From Octopus bimaculoides (taxonomy: Eukaryota), in NCBI RefSeq assembly GCF_001194135.2, contig NC_068990.1:9212644-9255188 (forward strand): a stretch of 42,545 nucleotides of DNA, read 5' to 3'. The notes under the pieces are model-generated. The model worked only from the letters and a program-made list of their open reading frames with translations, ran no database searches and was not told where the DNA came from. The translations under genes and the position numbers were made by a program. Below, in pieces: positions 23,795 to 36,444 of the stretch (the stretch's first letter is position 1; each line of letters opens with the position of its first letter).

Positions 23795-23944
23795 TCTTTT
23801 TAATCCCTACCAAATCCACTCACAAGGCTTTGGATGAGCCAGCACTATACTAGAGGACATTTGCCCGAGGTACATCATAGTGGGACTGAACCAGGAACTA
23901 CGTGGTGGCAAGTAAACTTCTTAACCACACAGCCATGCCTGCGC
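23795..23944 (-). mobile_element. SINE family 1, head-only diverged copy
   Basis: ccaaatccactcacaaggctttgg...gtgggactgaacc...accacacagcca...ctgcgc. Confidence 0.7.
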
Positions 23945-24149
23945 TTCTTCCTCCCAATCTCTTCGTTTCTGTGCTTAAACTTGTATAAGAGAAAAGTATG
24001 TTGTATTGCTTTCTTCCTCATATAGAAGGTAAACTTAGCCATTTAATAAATAGAAAATGACAACATAAGTAAAAATACCAGTTCTAAACGCTTATGAAAT
24101 TTATACATAAATATTTGCTTAAAATAACATATTTTTACATTTATTTATT

Positions 24150-24310
24150 TAACAGTATTTAACAAATAGGTTTATTGTCAATTAAAAGATTTCGATTAAA
24201 AAACATATATAAAATCAAATTGCCCATAAAAGGTATTTGCTGTCCAAGGACCCCCTGTGTTGTCCTTGCGAACCCCCTGTGGTCCGGGGACCACAGTTTG
24301 AAAACCCCTG
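24150..24310 (-). mobile_element. hAT-like MITE end
   Basis: Minus strand begins caggggttttcaaactgtggtccccggacc, a typical hAT-MITE terminus. The other end was not found. Confidence 0.45.
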
Positions 24311-24490
24311 CACTAGAGTACCACACGACAGATATTGAAGTGATCAAAGAGCAGCGTTAAATGAAGTGTTTTACTCAGGAACACAAGGCACCACCCGGTC
24401 TGGGAATCGAAACTATGGTTTTGCGATCGCCAGCCTTCATATAGTGGTGATATATTGATGGTAATCTTGAATTGTTCTAATTTTATTAAC

Positions 24491-24877
24491 AGCGCCAGAG
24501 TGGCTGTGTGGTATGTAGCTTGCTTACCAGCCACATGGTTCCGGGTTCAGTCCCACTGCGTGGCATCTTGGGCAAGTGTCTTTTACTATAGCCTTGGGCC
24601 GACCAAAGCCTTGTGAGTGGATTTGGTAGACGGAAACTGAAAGAAGCCCGTCGTATGTATGTATATTTGTGTGTGTTTGTGTGTCTGTGTTTGTCTCCCT
24701 AGCATTGCTTGACAACCGATGGTGGTGTGTTTATGCCCCCGTAACTTAGCAATTCGGCAAAAGAGACCGATAGAATAAGTACTAGGCTTACAAAGAATAA
24801 GTCCCGGGGTCGATTTGCTCGACTAAAGGTGATGCTCCAGCATGACCACAGTCAAATGACTGAAACAAGTAGAAGAG
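24491..24877 (+). mobile_element. SINE family 1, full length
   Basis: Collinear with 4804-5216. Confidence 0.9.
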
Positions 24878-25995
24878 TTGTATTGTATGCAAAATGATGG
24901 TGCGTTCCATATATATCACGTTTAGAAGACTAAGTGTAACACTTCTCTGACATCTCAGTTACTATCTTTATGTATGCATGCATATATATAAGAAAGATAA
25001 AAAAATAAAACAAGAGAGTAGTCGTGTTTCTGTGATTTTTCAAAATGCTTGCTGTGGTCGGAATAAACAAGAGTGATCAACACACTAACGTTTAAAGTTT
25101 TATAGACAATCTGAATCACAAAACCTTTTGAAGTGCTCGTGCATGTTTGTGAATGTGTGTGCGCCGGTGTTCGATTCGTCATGACCTTCAGTCAACAGCT
25201 CGAATGGAAACTGGTGTCTGTGTTTGTGCTTTCCTTGTATATACCACTTACTCTCTGATTAATCTTTCTGCTGTTTAATCGTTACGCAATGCTGATAATT
25301 TGCATCCCTCCACACACAAACACACATATCACTGAGACATTATTGTGTTTCTGCAAACAGGTCGACTTAGTAGGGAATCTTCGTCACGAGTTTCATCAGC
25401 TGAAATTAAATAAAGTTCAGCTAAGCAAGTGTTTGACAATAAAGTCCGAAAGTATAAAATTTGAGAGAAATTCTATTGAAATTCAGGTTTTATTACACTG
25501 AAGTACATCAACAACGTTTGTGACAGCTGCATATAGAACTATCAAAAGTATTTTAAAGAAATATATTCTGGTGTAGTAGTCTATGAGAGTGGTCACATAA
25601 ATGGACTGAATCAGAAAACAGTCTGAGGCATCTATCTATCTATCTAAAACACCCTGCCCTCTCGTGTATTTGCCTGTGTGGAAGTATAAAGAGACATATG
25701 ACAAACGAAAGTCACTTGCAATCAAGGATGATTTGGAAGCAGGTACCATGCTTTCGTTGATTATTTTTGGACCCTAGGGTAGTCGCGAGAAAATACAAAC
25801 TGCCTCTCAGCATTTCGATCCATGTCCTAGTGGGACATCCAGGAGGAGTTAGTTGCCTGAGTACTGGGTTAGTTGTTTATTTATCGAACTCTAAAGGATG
25901 AAAGATTTTAGTTGATCTCAATTGAATTTGAACTCAGACTGTTGAACGGCAAAACAAATATCGCGACGTATTCTGGCTGACGCTCTAACGATTCT

Positions 25996-26225
25996 TATTT
26001 CTTTATTGCCCACAAGGGGTTAAACATAGAGGGGACAAACACGGATAGACAGGGAGATTAAGTCGATTACATCGACTCTAGTGCGTAACTGGTAATAAAT
26101 TTATCGACCCCGAAAGGATGAAAGGCAAAGTCGACCTCGGCGGAATTTGAACTCAGAACGTAGCGGCAGACGAAATACTGCTAAGCATTTCGCCCGGCGT
26201 GCTAACGTTTCTGCCAGCTCTCCGC
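25996..26225 (-). mobile_element. SINE family 2 with 15-bp target-site duplication, nested in an older related SINE
   Basis: TSD cgctctaacgattct at 25981-25995 and 26223-26237. Confidence 0.9.
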
Positions 26226-26606
26226 TCTAACGATTCTGCCTATCGACTGCATGCACCATTGAACATATGTAATATAATTATCATGCGATCTTTATCTAAT
26301 TTTCTTAAGTAGCCAACATGAGGCATCCAGCTGATCCACTTAGAAGAATCAAAGTAGTTATTACTGACAACTTGGGCGTTAAGGTCCTCTCTTCTACCTA
26401 TAACCAAACCAAATATAAAACTCAAGAATTGTCAAAGAATCAAAAATACTACTCAATCTGCAGTGTAATTCTACCTCTCTTTTTCCCCCTGAGCATCGTG
26501 GATACTGTTCCAAACTGGACCTCACTCATCACCTTTCTACAAATATTCATGCCTAGTTTCTTTTTCCTCTCTTAGCTACTAACATCTCCCCTCTTATCTC
26601 TCTATA

Positions 26607-26981
26607 TTGTTGGCACTCCGTCGCTTACAACGTCGAGGGTTCCAGTTGGTCCAATCAACAGAACAGCCTGCTCGTGAAATTAACGTGCAAGTGGCTGAGC
26701 ACTCCACAGACACGTCTACTCTTAACATAGTTCTCGGGGATATTCAGCGTGACACAGTGTGACAAGGCTGACCCTTTGAATTACAGGTACAACAGAAACA
26801 GGAAGTAAGAGTGAGAGAAAGTTGTGGTGGAAGAGTACAGCAGGGTTCGCCACCATCCCCTGCCGGAGCCTCGTGGTGCTTTAGGTGTTTTCGCTCAATA
26901 AATACTCACAACGCCCGGTCTGGGAATCGAAACCGCGATCCTGTGACCGCGAGTTCGCTGCCCCAACCACTTGCGCCTCCA
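26607..26981 (-). mobile_element. SINE family 4 (tRNA-like head)
   Basis: Minus head tggaggcgcaagtggttggggcagcgaactcgcggtcacaggatcgcggtttcgattcccagaccgggc. Flanked by a tatctctcta direct repeat (26595-26604, 26985-26994). A related head fragment lies near 24350-24435. Confidence 0.8.
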
Positions 26982-27039
26982 CCATATCTCTCTACACCTT
27001 AGCTATACCTGTCTCAACAAGTACTTTTATTTAATCTAG

Positions 27040-27400
27040 TTCAAAGTCTCCCTCCCTATTCGTCTCATTATCTTGTTTTACAGCTGTCTGTGCTCTTTCA
27101 ACGACTAACAACACTTCGATTATATCTCTCCCTTCGCCAAGAATATCTGACTAACTTCACCCCTTTCTGAAGTCATTGTCCTCGGTGACTTCAATGTCTG
27201 TTATTCTAAATCCTGTATTACAACTAATAACGCTTCCTATACATATTTCTGACCAACCACACTTGCTCATTTCCTCACCTTCAAATCCAGTCATTATCAA
27301 ACAAATACTTTTTCTGCACTTTTCGGAATGTCTAACCAACTTCAAATCCTTTAGTATTTCATATATGTCTGATTGGAGCTCCACTGGTTTCTATCATAAC
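27040..27400 (+). pseudogene. CR1/L2-group LINE AP-endonuclease remnant
   Basis: FDYISPFAKNI*LTSPLSEVIVLGDFNV contains the APE GDFN motif, followed by a frameshifted DQPHLL..FLT-like segment. Confidence 0.6.
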
Positions 27401-27908
27401 TACCTCTGGCTTCAAATATGTATCACCTCTGAACCACCAGAGACAGCTTATGTATCTCCCTCCACATACCTAGCTTAACCAAGTCATGTAACGCTAGGTG
27501 CACTGCAGCGGTACAGGTGAAGAACATGACCTATGACGCCCGGAAAAATCATCGCTTTTACAAAGTAGACTGCCTTCGTATGTCGCACAGGCTACAAGTT
27601 ATTCCTTTTCCTGACTGCTGGTGATCTTTCTTGACTCTAAGCAGTATTCCCGTGCAGAAAACCTCCACGCTGCATCAGATTAGCCTTCGAGATCAATCAA
27701 TAAATGGATGAGCTAACGACTTCATCTTTTCGGTGACGTTGCGCAACGAAAATAAATATTGTATAAAGGCTTTTCGTAGTATAGGAGTAGGGGTTAACGC
27801 GGTCACGATAGCACATTGCATCATCTGGAATAACAGAAATAAATCCATGCACGGAAAAATAATTTGAGAAATTTCGTTTCGACGATCGGTGTTAACCATA
27901 CATAATGG

Positions 27909-28735
27909 ATCAAAACAAGTTCTAAACTAATAGCGTTGAGTATCACGTATTAAATGACTCTTAGTAACAAGTATTAGTTAAATAAAACGGCATTCCTCTG
28001 TTGAATCACGGAGCGTCAAGATGAAATAGCCAGAAAGAAAATCGATAAGCGATATGCTCTTACCATAAAAATCTTCAATGTCATAAAGATAACCACCGAT
28101 ATGAACACTCCAACGTTGGACCATATTTTTTTTTTTTCTTTTGAAAGGGATTTATTAAGACTACAGTTAAACTAAAGTGCTTTACCATCCATCGCAGCAG
28201 GGAAATGTTTATTGAATAAGTCCCGTAAAACCGTTTAATTGCTCAACAAATAGGCAAAGCTTCTAAAGCAGTTTGTAGATAATCACTTCTTTTTTTTTTG
28301 TTTGGGTGTTTAAAAGCTTCTGAAGCAGTTTGTTGATAATCCTGTTTTTTTTTTTTTTTTGAGAGTCTAGAGCCCAAAACGGTTATCTACAAACTACTTT
28401 AGAAGCTTTGCCTATTTATCGAGCAGTTAACTGGTTTTACAAGTATTCATTCAACAAACATTTCACTGCTGCGATGGATGGTAAAGCACTTTAGTTTAAT
28501 TATAGTCTTAATAAATCCTTTTCATTTTCATCATTGGTGGGGTTCATATTGGTGGTTATCTTTATGGCATTGAACATTGCATACCGCACATCGATTTTAT
28601 TTCTAGCTATATTCTCATGACGCCCGCCCATCGTGATCCAACGAGGGAATGTTTTTTTTTATTTAACTACCATTTGTTAGTAAAAGTGATTTAATACGTG
28701 ATACTCAACGCTATTAGTTTAGAGATTATTTTGAT
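27909..28735. mobile_element. Foldback/MITE-like palindrome, about 830 bp
   Basis: Arms of about 360 bp are complementary, e.g. ctaaactaatagcgttgagtatcacgtattaaat / atttaatacgtgatactcaacgctattagtttag and aaactaaagtgctttaccatccatcgcagcag / ctgctgcgatggatggtaaagcactttagttt. Confidence 0.85.
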
Positions 28736-28744
28736 GTAAAGTTT

Positions 28745-29640
28745 AGACCAATGCTCTGAAATCTAGAGTATATGTCGACCAAGTCCAAAATGCGAAGTAT
28801 CAGTAACCAATGTTGATTTGTTTAGAAGTGAATTGGTATAGAGATCAACATAAATTGAAAACAAGTTCAATGGAGCTTAAAGTGAATTGTCATGTATAGT
28901 TGTTTGCCTGAATTTTAATCCAGATTGTAATTTAAAAGTGTCAGCTACTGCAACAAAACCTGGAACAAATTGTGTACTAAGCATGGGATGTAAACTGCTT
29001 AGGAGCCAACATAACACAGATAATTTATAAAATGCCGAATTAAAACTTGAGAGCATTAATTTTGATATTGTATTTGTTCAATATTGTATCAACAGCAGCA
29101 AACATTTATCATGAGTTGACGTATCAGTTGTATAAACTTTGTTGGCAGCAACATCAGATAATTTGCCGATAAGGAAATCGGTGATAGAATGGAATATTGA
29201 GGGCAAAAAACAAAGCTAATTCACAATGTAAGAAGACATGTTGAGTCAATTCAAATGATGTATTGACAGTATTCAATAAACTAGGTTTCTGGTCTAATGA
29301 AATTTGGAGAAATACATCCTGTAAATCAATCTTCGTGATGTATGCAGAATTAATCATCCACTGTAAAATATCACCCTACCCAGAAATACAACTAACGTGA
29401 AGTAAATACCTGTTTAGTACAGACTCAATCAGTTTCTAAATACATGCTCATTTCGAAGATTCAACAGATATCATAATTGTTTCCTCTTTCTTCTACAAAA
29501 TCGAGATCACATTTAACAGATCCGCATAAATCAAAATATTGCCTTTTCTTTTGGGAAAATATCGATTCAAGTGCTATGAGATGTACTTAAGGAGAGTATA
29601 TTCCATCCTTTGCGAAATTGCATTTTGATATAAGATCAAC
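28745..29640 (-). pseudogene. Decayed Ty3/Gypsy LTR-retrotransposon pol (RT-RNase H)
   Basis: Minus-strand frames, in the expected order: VKCDLDFVEERG, ISVESSK*ACI, ITKIDLQDVFLQISLDQKPSLLNTVNTSF (cf. FSKIDLKDAYLQI) and STLVTDTSHFGLG (RNase H DAS motif). Multiple stops and frameshifts. Confidence 0.75.
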
Positions 29641-29657
29641 GAGATGTTGGTGTATGT

Positions 29658-29828
29658 AGGGCCGTCTTAAGGTATGGGTACACTGGGCAATTAGCCAGAG
29701 GCTTCACTTGTCTTAGGGCCCAATTCTGATCAATGTATGTGGTGACTTGCTATCAATATATAAATACAACAGGACCCAGTGTGTTGATTTATTTGGCGGG
29801 ATGTTTATAATGCTACAAAGATGGCCTC
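29658..29828. mobile_element. PIF/Harbinger-like MITE
   Basis: Imperfect TIRs agggccgtctt / aagatggcct. Confidence 0.45.
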
Positions 29829-29892
29829 GAAACGAACAAACAAGCGCACATTTAAAGTTTTCATGTCTGAGAGCCATGATTTGCAAACTTAA

Positions 29893-30102
29893 GGCGGTGA
29901 GCTGGCAGAAACGTTAGCACGCCGGGCGAAATGCTTAGTAGTATTTCGACTGCCTTTACGTTCTGAGTTCAAATTCTGCCGTGGTCGACTTCGCTTTTTA
30001 TCCTTTCGGAGCCGATAAAATAAGTACTCATTGAGCTTTAGGGTCAATGTAACAGACTTACCCTTTCCCTAAATTACTGGTATTGTGTCAATATTTGTAA
30101 CC
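29893..30102 (+). mobile_element. SINE family 2 variant with a different 3' tail
   Basis: Head matches family 2. The sequence diverges after gataaaataagtac. Confidence 0.8.
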
Positions 30103-30535
30103 ATTATTTACAAACAGACCAGCCTGAATGACTTTAATTGTACAAAAGAAAAAGAAAAAAAAATCAGATTTCGAAGCAGAATTTAAAAATACAAAAGGAA
30201 CAATCGTCGGCCGTCATTGAAATGATTTTTGATGTAATTTCCCAATTTCAGTAAAATTTCTGTCGCTCAGCTGCACTTATTGATTCGGTGCCACCAGAAT
30301 CTGTCAAATCATTTACTAATTCTATGTGAATTGACAGAAGCGGACTTTGAAGGATTGCCACAAGTGTAATGAATTACGTGTCAATAAAGCTAATGCCAGA
30401 TTAGAACTATTGTTTCAGCCATGTATGTATATGTGTGTATACACACCCTCATGTGTATGTATGGACACACACACACGCACATATAAATACATTATTTCAG
30501 CCTTGTCTGATCTTCACATTTTATTTACAACCTTA

Positions 30536-30755
30536 TCTAAATATATAAAATCTGTTCTGTCTGTCTGTTTGTGCGCTTATAACTCGAGTATTGTTCATCC
30601 GATAGCGCTGAAATTTTAAACATGGATACCTAAAAAGATTTTCAATATTGTTAATTTCAAAGTGAGAATCGCTATTTTTGTAAACTTTATGTCCTCTTTG
30701 TTCCGCCATTAAAACAATCAGTTGCTCACACAGCCGGCACATGCCATCTCACTAG
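30536..30755 (+). mobile_element. Mini non-autonomous Helitron-like element
   Basis: A|TC start (atctaaatatataaaatctgttctgtctgtctg), small ggca/tgcc hairpin, then CTAG. Confidence 0.5.
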
Positions 30756-31634
30756 CAACAAGGGGAGTACAGGATGACAGCCAAAACCGTCGCTGTACTG
30801 TCTCTCTTCTTTCCTCTCTCTGTGGGGTTAATAATCTTAATCTTTAGTTACAGTTTCTCATTCAAACTACACAATAGGCAGAATTGTCGGATTAAGACAG
30901 TAGGCTGTTTTGAGGGAGATTTGGCTGTTATTTCCAGCAGTCCATGCTACCATGTACAGATCTGCCTCGTTGATATTATATATTTCTTATGCTTTTCAAA
31001 ACCGAGTTACAGATTTTGACGTATGGGGTATCAAAAGATTCAGTACTAATTTTCATTCACATATTTGCATTTCAAAAAATTAACATAATCTTTTCCGCAA
31101 ATCAACTATCGTAAAAAATTGTATACGATGACGTCACATTTTCTATATGTGTGTGTACCTTAGAAGACGTCAATCATCACGACACACACCTCCACTCACT
31201 CACTCTATCTCTCTTTCTCCCCCTCTTTCTCTCTTGCATACACACGCGCACGCACGCACGCGCACGCACGCGCACGCACGCACGCGCACGCACACGCACG
31301 TNNNNNNNNNNNNNNNNNNNCACACACACACACACACACACACACGTCCATTTCATATAGACGTACATCTTTCACTTTCTTTCTCTGTTCTTTTCGCTTA
31401 CAAAAATAAGGATTAACGTATAATTTCTTTCTATGTTCATAATTTTTTGTTTACAATATTGGGAAAAATATAACACCAAAGAAAAAACGTAATCTCTCCA
31501 GAAACAAGTATAAAGCAGGAGGATTGTAGAAAACCGAAGGTGAAAGTCTGAAGAGAGAAGCTAGATGAGATTTTCTCAACATCAGCAAATGCATATTGCA
31601 GCACTAAATGCTGGATCATTAAATCAATGCTTTA

Positions 31635-32017
31635 ATGATTAGGCAGAGGTCCAATAGAATAGCTCTCAGAAACAGACTACGTACAAATTCGTTCTTCACA
31701 ACTCCTGAAGCTGTTTTCAGATATGATCCATCCCATTCTTATAAAAATAATAATTCTGTCCAAACTGGTGTGCTAAACACAAATTATCTTTTCTATAGAG
31801 CTTTCAAATTTTCAAATGAAACAAATGGTATGTGCCGTTCAGGTGGTCAGGTAACATTGCCAGCACTACCAGCTCCTTCTCAACCTCTTATGGATCTTCT
31901 AGAAGGCATTTCCATCCAGTCAAAGGATTTTCTTGACAATATCAGACAATACAACTCTGCAAATGACATCGTTTGGTGCATCTATGAAGATAGATAAACA
32001 TGACTTTACGACGATGT
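31635..32017 (+). pseudogene. Helitron RepHel N-terminal fragment
   Basis: FRYDPSHSY...AFKFSNETNGMCRSGGQVTLPALPAPSQPLMDLLEG..SKDFLDNIRQYNSA, then frameshifted QMTSFGA, matching the recalled RepHel motif FKNE..GMCC..GKV.LP....PPEPL..LL...S..FL.NIR.YNS.FQMTSFG. Confidence 0.85.
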
Positions 32018-32028
32018 CAAAGTATAAA

Positions 32029-33914
32029 TCTACTACATATGTGGAAAATCGGTGTGTGTTTGTTTGTGGCATTGTTAGCTAACTCCTCCTACATCATTTT
32101 ATTGATTTTGATAAAACTTGACACGTGAGTAGAATTCATGTCTGGAAACCTCGTGACATACTTAAATTGTTGAAAAAGTCGATAATACGGCTCCTGAAAG
32201 GGATCTTTATATCTACCTCATATAACTAAATTTTTTAAACACCCAAGGGAAATAATCTATAACACCTGCATAATATTTTTTAAACACTCAAGGGAAATAA
32301 CTCATAGCACCTGCATTTACAGTTGTTAGTTTTTAGCGAAGCAATCAATATTTGATTCTCATGATCAACGGACCTAATTCTGCATTTCACTACTCACAGT
32401 TTTCAGCTGCTAAACCTTATTATTGTACTTTCTTGATGCATGTACACTTTCAATGCCCATAACTCCGATAATTCTACATTTTTCCAGTTAAAATTTTTCG
32501 ATGACACTACATACATTTTTGATTCCAGAACCTATTTAATAAGTGTGTCCCAATACAAAGAACTCATACTTTGAATGCTTAAAATTTTTTAAAGATGAAA
32601 CCAAACTTCCACACCACATTCAGTTGGGACACCCTGTATCGCTTATACCTATTTTATAAATCATAATATTTATTGCTTATTTACAGTGCATACACTTTCA
32701 GGAAACTAATTGAGCCATCGAATTCAGAAATATTTTACAGGTTTCATTATGTTCGATTACTTTGAATATTGATTTTTTGTGTGTCCAATTGCTAATTTTT
32801 TCAGACAATAATATCACTTTTATACTTTATTTGACACGTGAGTAGAACTCATGTCTGGAAGCCTCGTGACATACTTAGATTGCTGAAAAAACTCGACAAT
32901 AGGGTCCCTCCAATGGATCCTTCTATTTACTACATATTACTAATATTTTATTTAAACAACCTAAGGAAAATAACTCATACCACCTGCAGTTTTTAGCGAA
33001 GCGATCAATATTTGATTCTCACGATCAGCCAACCTAATTCTGCATTTCACTACTCAGTTTTGAATTGCTAAACATTATTATTGCACTTGCTTGATTTGAA
33101 TCTCAAACATTAAAGACTTCATTCATACATTTCTATACATACATACTCTTTTCAATGCCCATTACTCCGATAATTCTGCATTTTTACAGTTACACTTTTT
33201 CCATGCCAGTAGATAAATTTTTTATTCAACAACATATTTGTAGTGGCTTCGTGCAGGCATAGCGTGAATTCGATCCTAGATTGCCAAATTTCACTTAACA
33301 CTTCAACAGTGCTTTTCACACGGTAAAACAATAGTTTTTCTATGAACGACAGCAGTTATACATTTCCCAGATGCCTTCGCTAAGCAAAATAATTTCTTTA
33401 CCACTTGACCCTTCTAATCTCTTCTCGGCCACCAGGGGCTGGAATGGAGATAACATACCTCCAACGAAATCATTTATTCTCAACAATATGTATATCTTTC
33501 TGGCTGCTTTTCTATAGTTATAAAACAAGAACTCCGTAAGCTAAAGGCTGTTACTGAGTGTGAACATTATTATTACACTTTCTTCATTTCATTCTTAAAC
33601 ATTAAACACTTCATTCATATATTTATATACATATATACTACATTTATATATTACCGTTTATAAATTAGCCTTCATAAAGTTCACCTTTAAAATGCTACGA
33701 CGTGTCAGAGTACTTTCTCGCCAACCCTCGAAAACCTCTCTCGCCACCCTCCAACAATCTCTCCCTCCTCCAGCCGACAGTCTTTTTTGTACTTTTTCGC
33801 GATGGAAAATACACCTTTTGCGGCAGTTATAAAGAAATTGCTTTCTTATATCAGAGTAATAAAGCATTTCAATAAAACATATTTACCCCCGGGAATTACT
33901 GGGTACACCAGCTA
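32029..33914 (+). mobile_element. Non-autonomous Helitron-like element with about 420-bp internal duplication
   Basis: A|TC start (atctactacatatgtggaaaatcggtgtgtg) and 3' cccgggaattactggg hairpin then CTAG|T. 32118-32537 is duplicated at 32831-33239. Confidence 0.55.
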
Positions 33915-34033
33915 GTACACACACACACATACTGTACGACAGGTTTCTTTCAGTTTTCGTCTACCAAATTCATTCCGAACCTGGAACCATGTGGTTGGTA
34001 AGCAAGCTACGTACCACACAGCCACTCTTGCAC

Positions 34034-34081
<48 letters not shown>

Positions 34082-34290
34082 GACTGTGTCTCGCTGTGTT
34101 TGTCAACCTCTCTCTCCCCACTGGAGTTGGTTTGTTTACGTCCCCATAATTTAGTGATTCAGCAATAGACACCGATAGAATAAGTACCATGTTACAATCA
34201 ATAAGTACTGGGGTTGATCTGTTCGACTAAAACTCTTCAAAGTGATGCCCCAGCTTGGCCGCAGTCCAATGACTGAAACAAGTAAAAGAA
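33915..34290. mobile_element. SINE family 1: minus-strand head fragment joined to a plus-strand 3' half
   Basis: About 33935-34035 is the reverse-complement head with an internal deletion. 34081-34290 is a sense 3' half. Confidence 0.75.
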
Positions 34291-34733
34291 AAAACAAAAC
34301 AAAAGGAAAATATGACGTCAAAGTATTAGTGATACAAGGGTTAATCAAATCTCCTCCTGAAATTGGTTAATCCACGTGCGCATTTCTGCTTTATTATCGT
34401 ATTTCAATATCTGATATACTATATATGTATTCTATGTATATACTATAAATAATTACATATCATAATACAGGAATTAAATATTTAATTAATTCAATAATAA
34501 AATATGATAAATTGGAAAAATGAATAAATTAAATAAATGAAACCTGTCGTCTTTGAATGATACTTTTGCAAACGTACATTAAGAAATATGCACCGGATTA
34601 TACAGATATACATTCGCTTTTTTATATATATACTTGTACTTATGCATATACATACGTACAAACATACACACACATACATATATACACATATATATATACA
34701 CACTAACATATGTACATACACACAAATACAGAT

Positions 34734-34777
<44 letters not shown>

Positions 34778-35416
34778 TCACACATACACACAAAGACGCA
34801 TATATTTATGTATGCATGTTGTTACATTTCGTACATACACATATATTTAAATATAATCTCAAGTATTAGCGCAAAGGGAATCACATACACATACACATGC
34901 TCACAAACAGACACACACACACCCACACACACACACACGTAGTGTTATGCAAGAAGATAAATAAGCAAATGTATATATATAATATCATACCCACATAGTA
35001 GTATATATGAACAACACTGCAAAAGCAATGACTCAAGTTTAAGCTCTCATCTTTCTAGTTCTTTAAAGTCACTACTTTACTTCACAAAGGTGGAATATAT
35101 GAACGCTATAGATGCGTAAAAGTTACAATTTTAATACAAATTTGAACCTTAATGCTAGTACAACTTGTAAATTTTATGCTTGCTTGAAATGACATCAAAT
35201 TTCCTATTCATTATTAAATCTTTAGCTAAAAATTTCGCACATACATCGCAAGGCGTTTTATTCCCATTAAAAGATTATAGTTTTACGAATAAAAATTCTA
35301 CTACCTTGCTGTGTGTTTTTATTCTTCTGAGTCCAGCTATAAGCCGAATGGTGTGTAATTTTTCTTCTATTGAGTTTCAAAATTGTAGCATACATTCCCT
35401 TCTCCTTTATTATATA

Positions 35417-36297
35417 CTAGCAGAGATACCCGGCCTTGCTCCGGATTAAAATGGCATAGATTTTTATTGCTTTACTTGTTTCAGTCATGTGACTGCGGCC
35501 ATGGTGGAGCACCGCCGTCGGTCGAAGAAATCAACCACAGGATTTATTCTTTGTAAGTGTAGTACTCATTGTGTCAGTGTCTTTTACCAAACCGCTAAGT
35601 TACGGGAATGTAAATACAGCAACATCAGTTGTCAAGCAATGGTAGGGGTACAAACACAAGACACAGGCACACCTATATACAAATATATACATATATACGA
35701 CAGTCTTCTTTCAGTTTCCGAGTAAGAAATCCACTTAAGATTTTGGTCACCGTACTTTACAATGCTGTAAATAATAATAATAATGGTATTTTTATATAAG
35801 CTTAAAGCTTACGCCGTTCACCGTGCAATGAGTAACGAAAATAGTCTAGTAACTGAGCATATAATANNNNNNNNNNNNNNNNNNNNNNNNNNNNNNNNNN
35901 NNNNNNNNNNNNTATATATATATAATTCTAAAACATGAAGCTTCGTAACATTGTTTACAAAATAATCCAGTAAAAAGACGATATTGAAAAAATCTGTTAT
36001 GTTTCTCTCTCTCTATCTGTTTACTGCGTAGGTAGAAGGGGACTGAACTCATGTTTGCAAATAATGGTGATTTGAAAATTGTTAGAATTGATGGTTTAAA
36101 ATTATTTTTAATGTAAAAATTTACGTGTTAAGAAGCAAAAAAAAACAAAAAAAAAAACAACTGGCCGATTCCGGGCATTTTCGACCACGAGGAATCCATT
36201 GGTGCGACTCCCAGATTGCTATCTTGTACAGTGTGGATTTCTATAGATGCAACACACACACGCACACTCACAAACCGAGCTATACTATAGTTATAGA
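35417..36297 (-). mobile_element. Helitron-like non-autonomous element (contains a SINE and an N gap)
   Basis: Minus-strand 3' end ccggagcaaggccgggtatctctgCTAG|T and candidate 5' A|TCtataactatag...gtgtgtgt. Linking the two ends is inference. Confidence 0.45.
35470..35748 (-). mobile_element. SINE family 1, 5'-truncated and diverged
   Basis: ttacttgtttcagtcatgtgactgcggccatggtggagcacc...tttcagtttcc. Confidence 0.8.
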
Positions 36298-36444
36298 TAC
36301 ATACATTCGAACGTAGCAGATAACAGCTAAACTTTTGGCGCTATTTGGACCCCGTTCTATATATATAGAAGTTCTCGCTGCTGTATTTTATGATCCTTGT
36401 CAGTTGCAATATCCCAAACTCCGCTTGCTATTATACATCAAGGA

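Noticed and set aside
25361-25501. Exon-like stretch after tttctgcaaacag (VDLVGNLRHEF...), and YKETYDKRKSLAIKDDLEA near 25680-25741
   Set aside because: No homology recognised and no consistent multi-exon chain.
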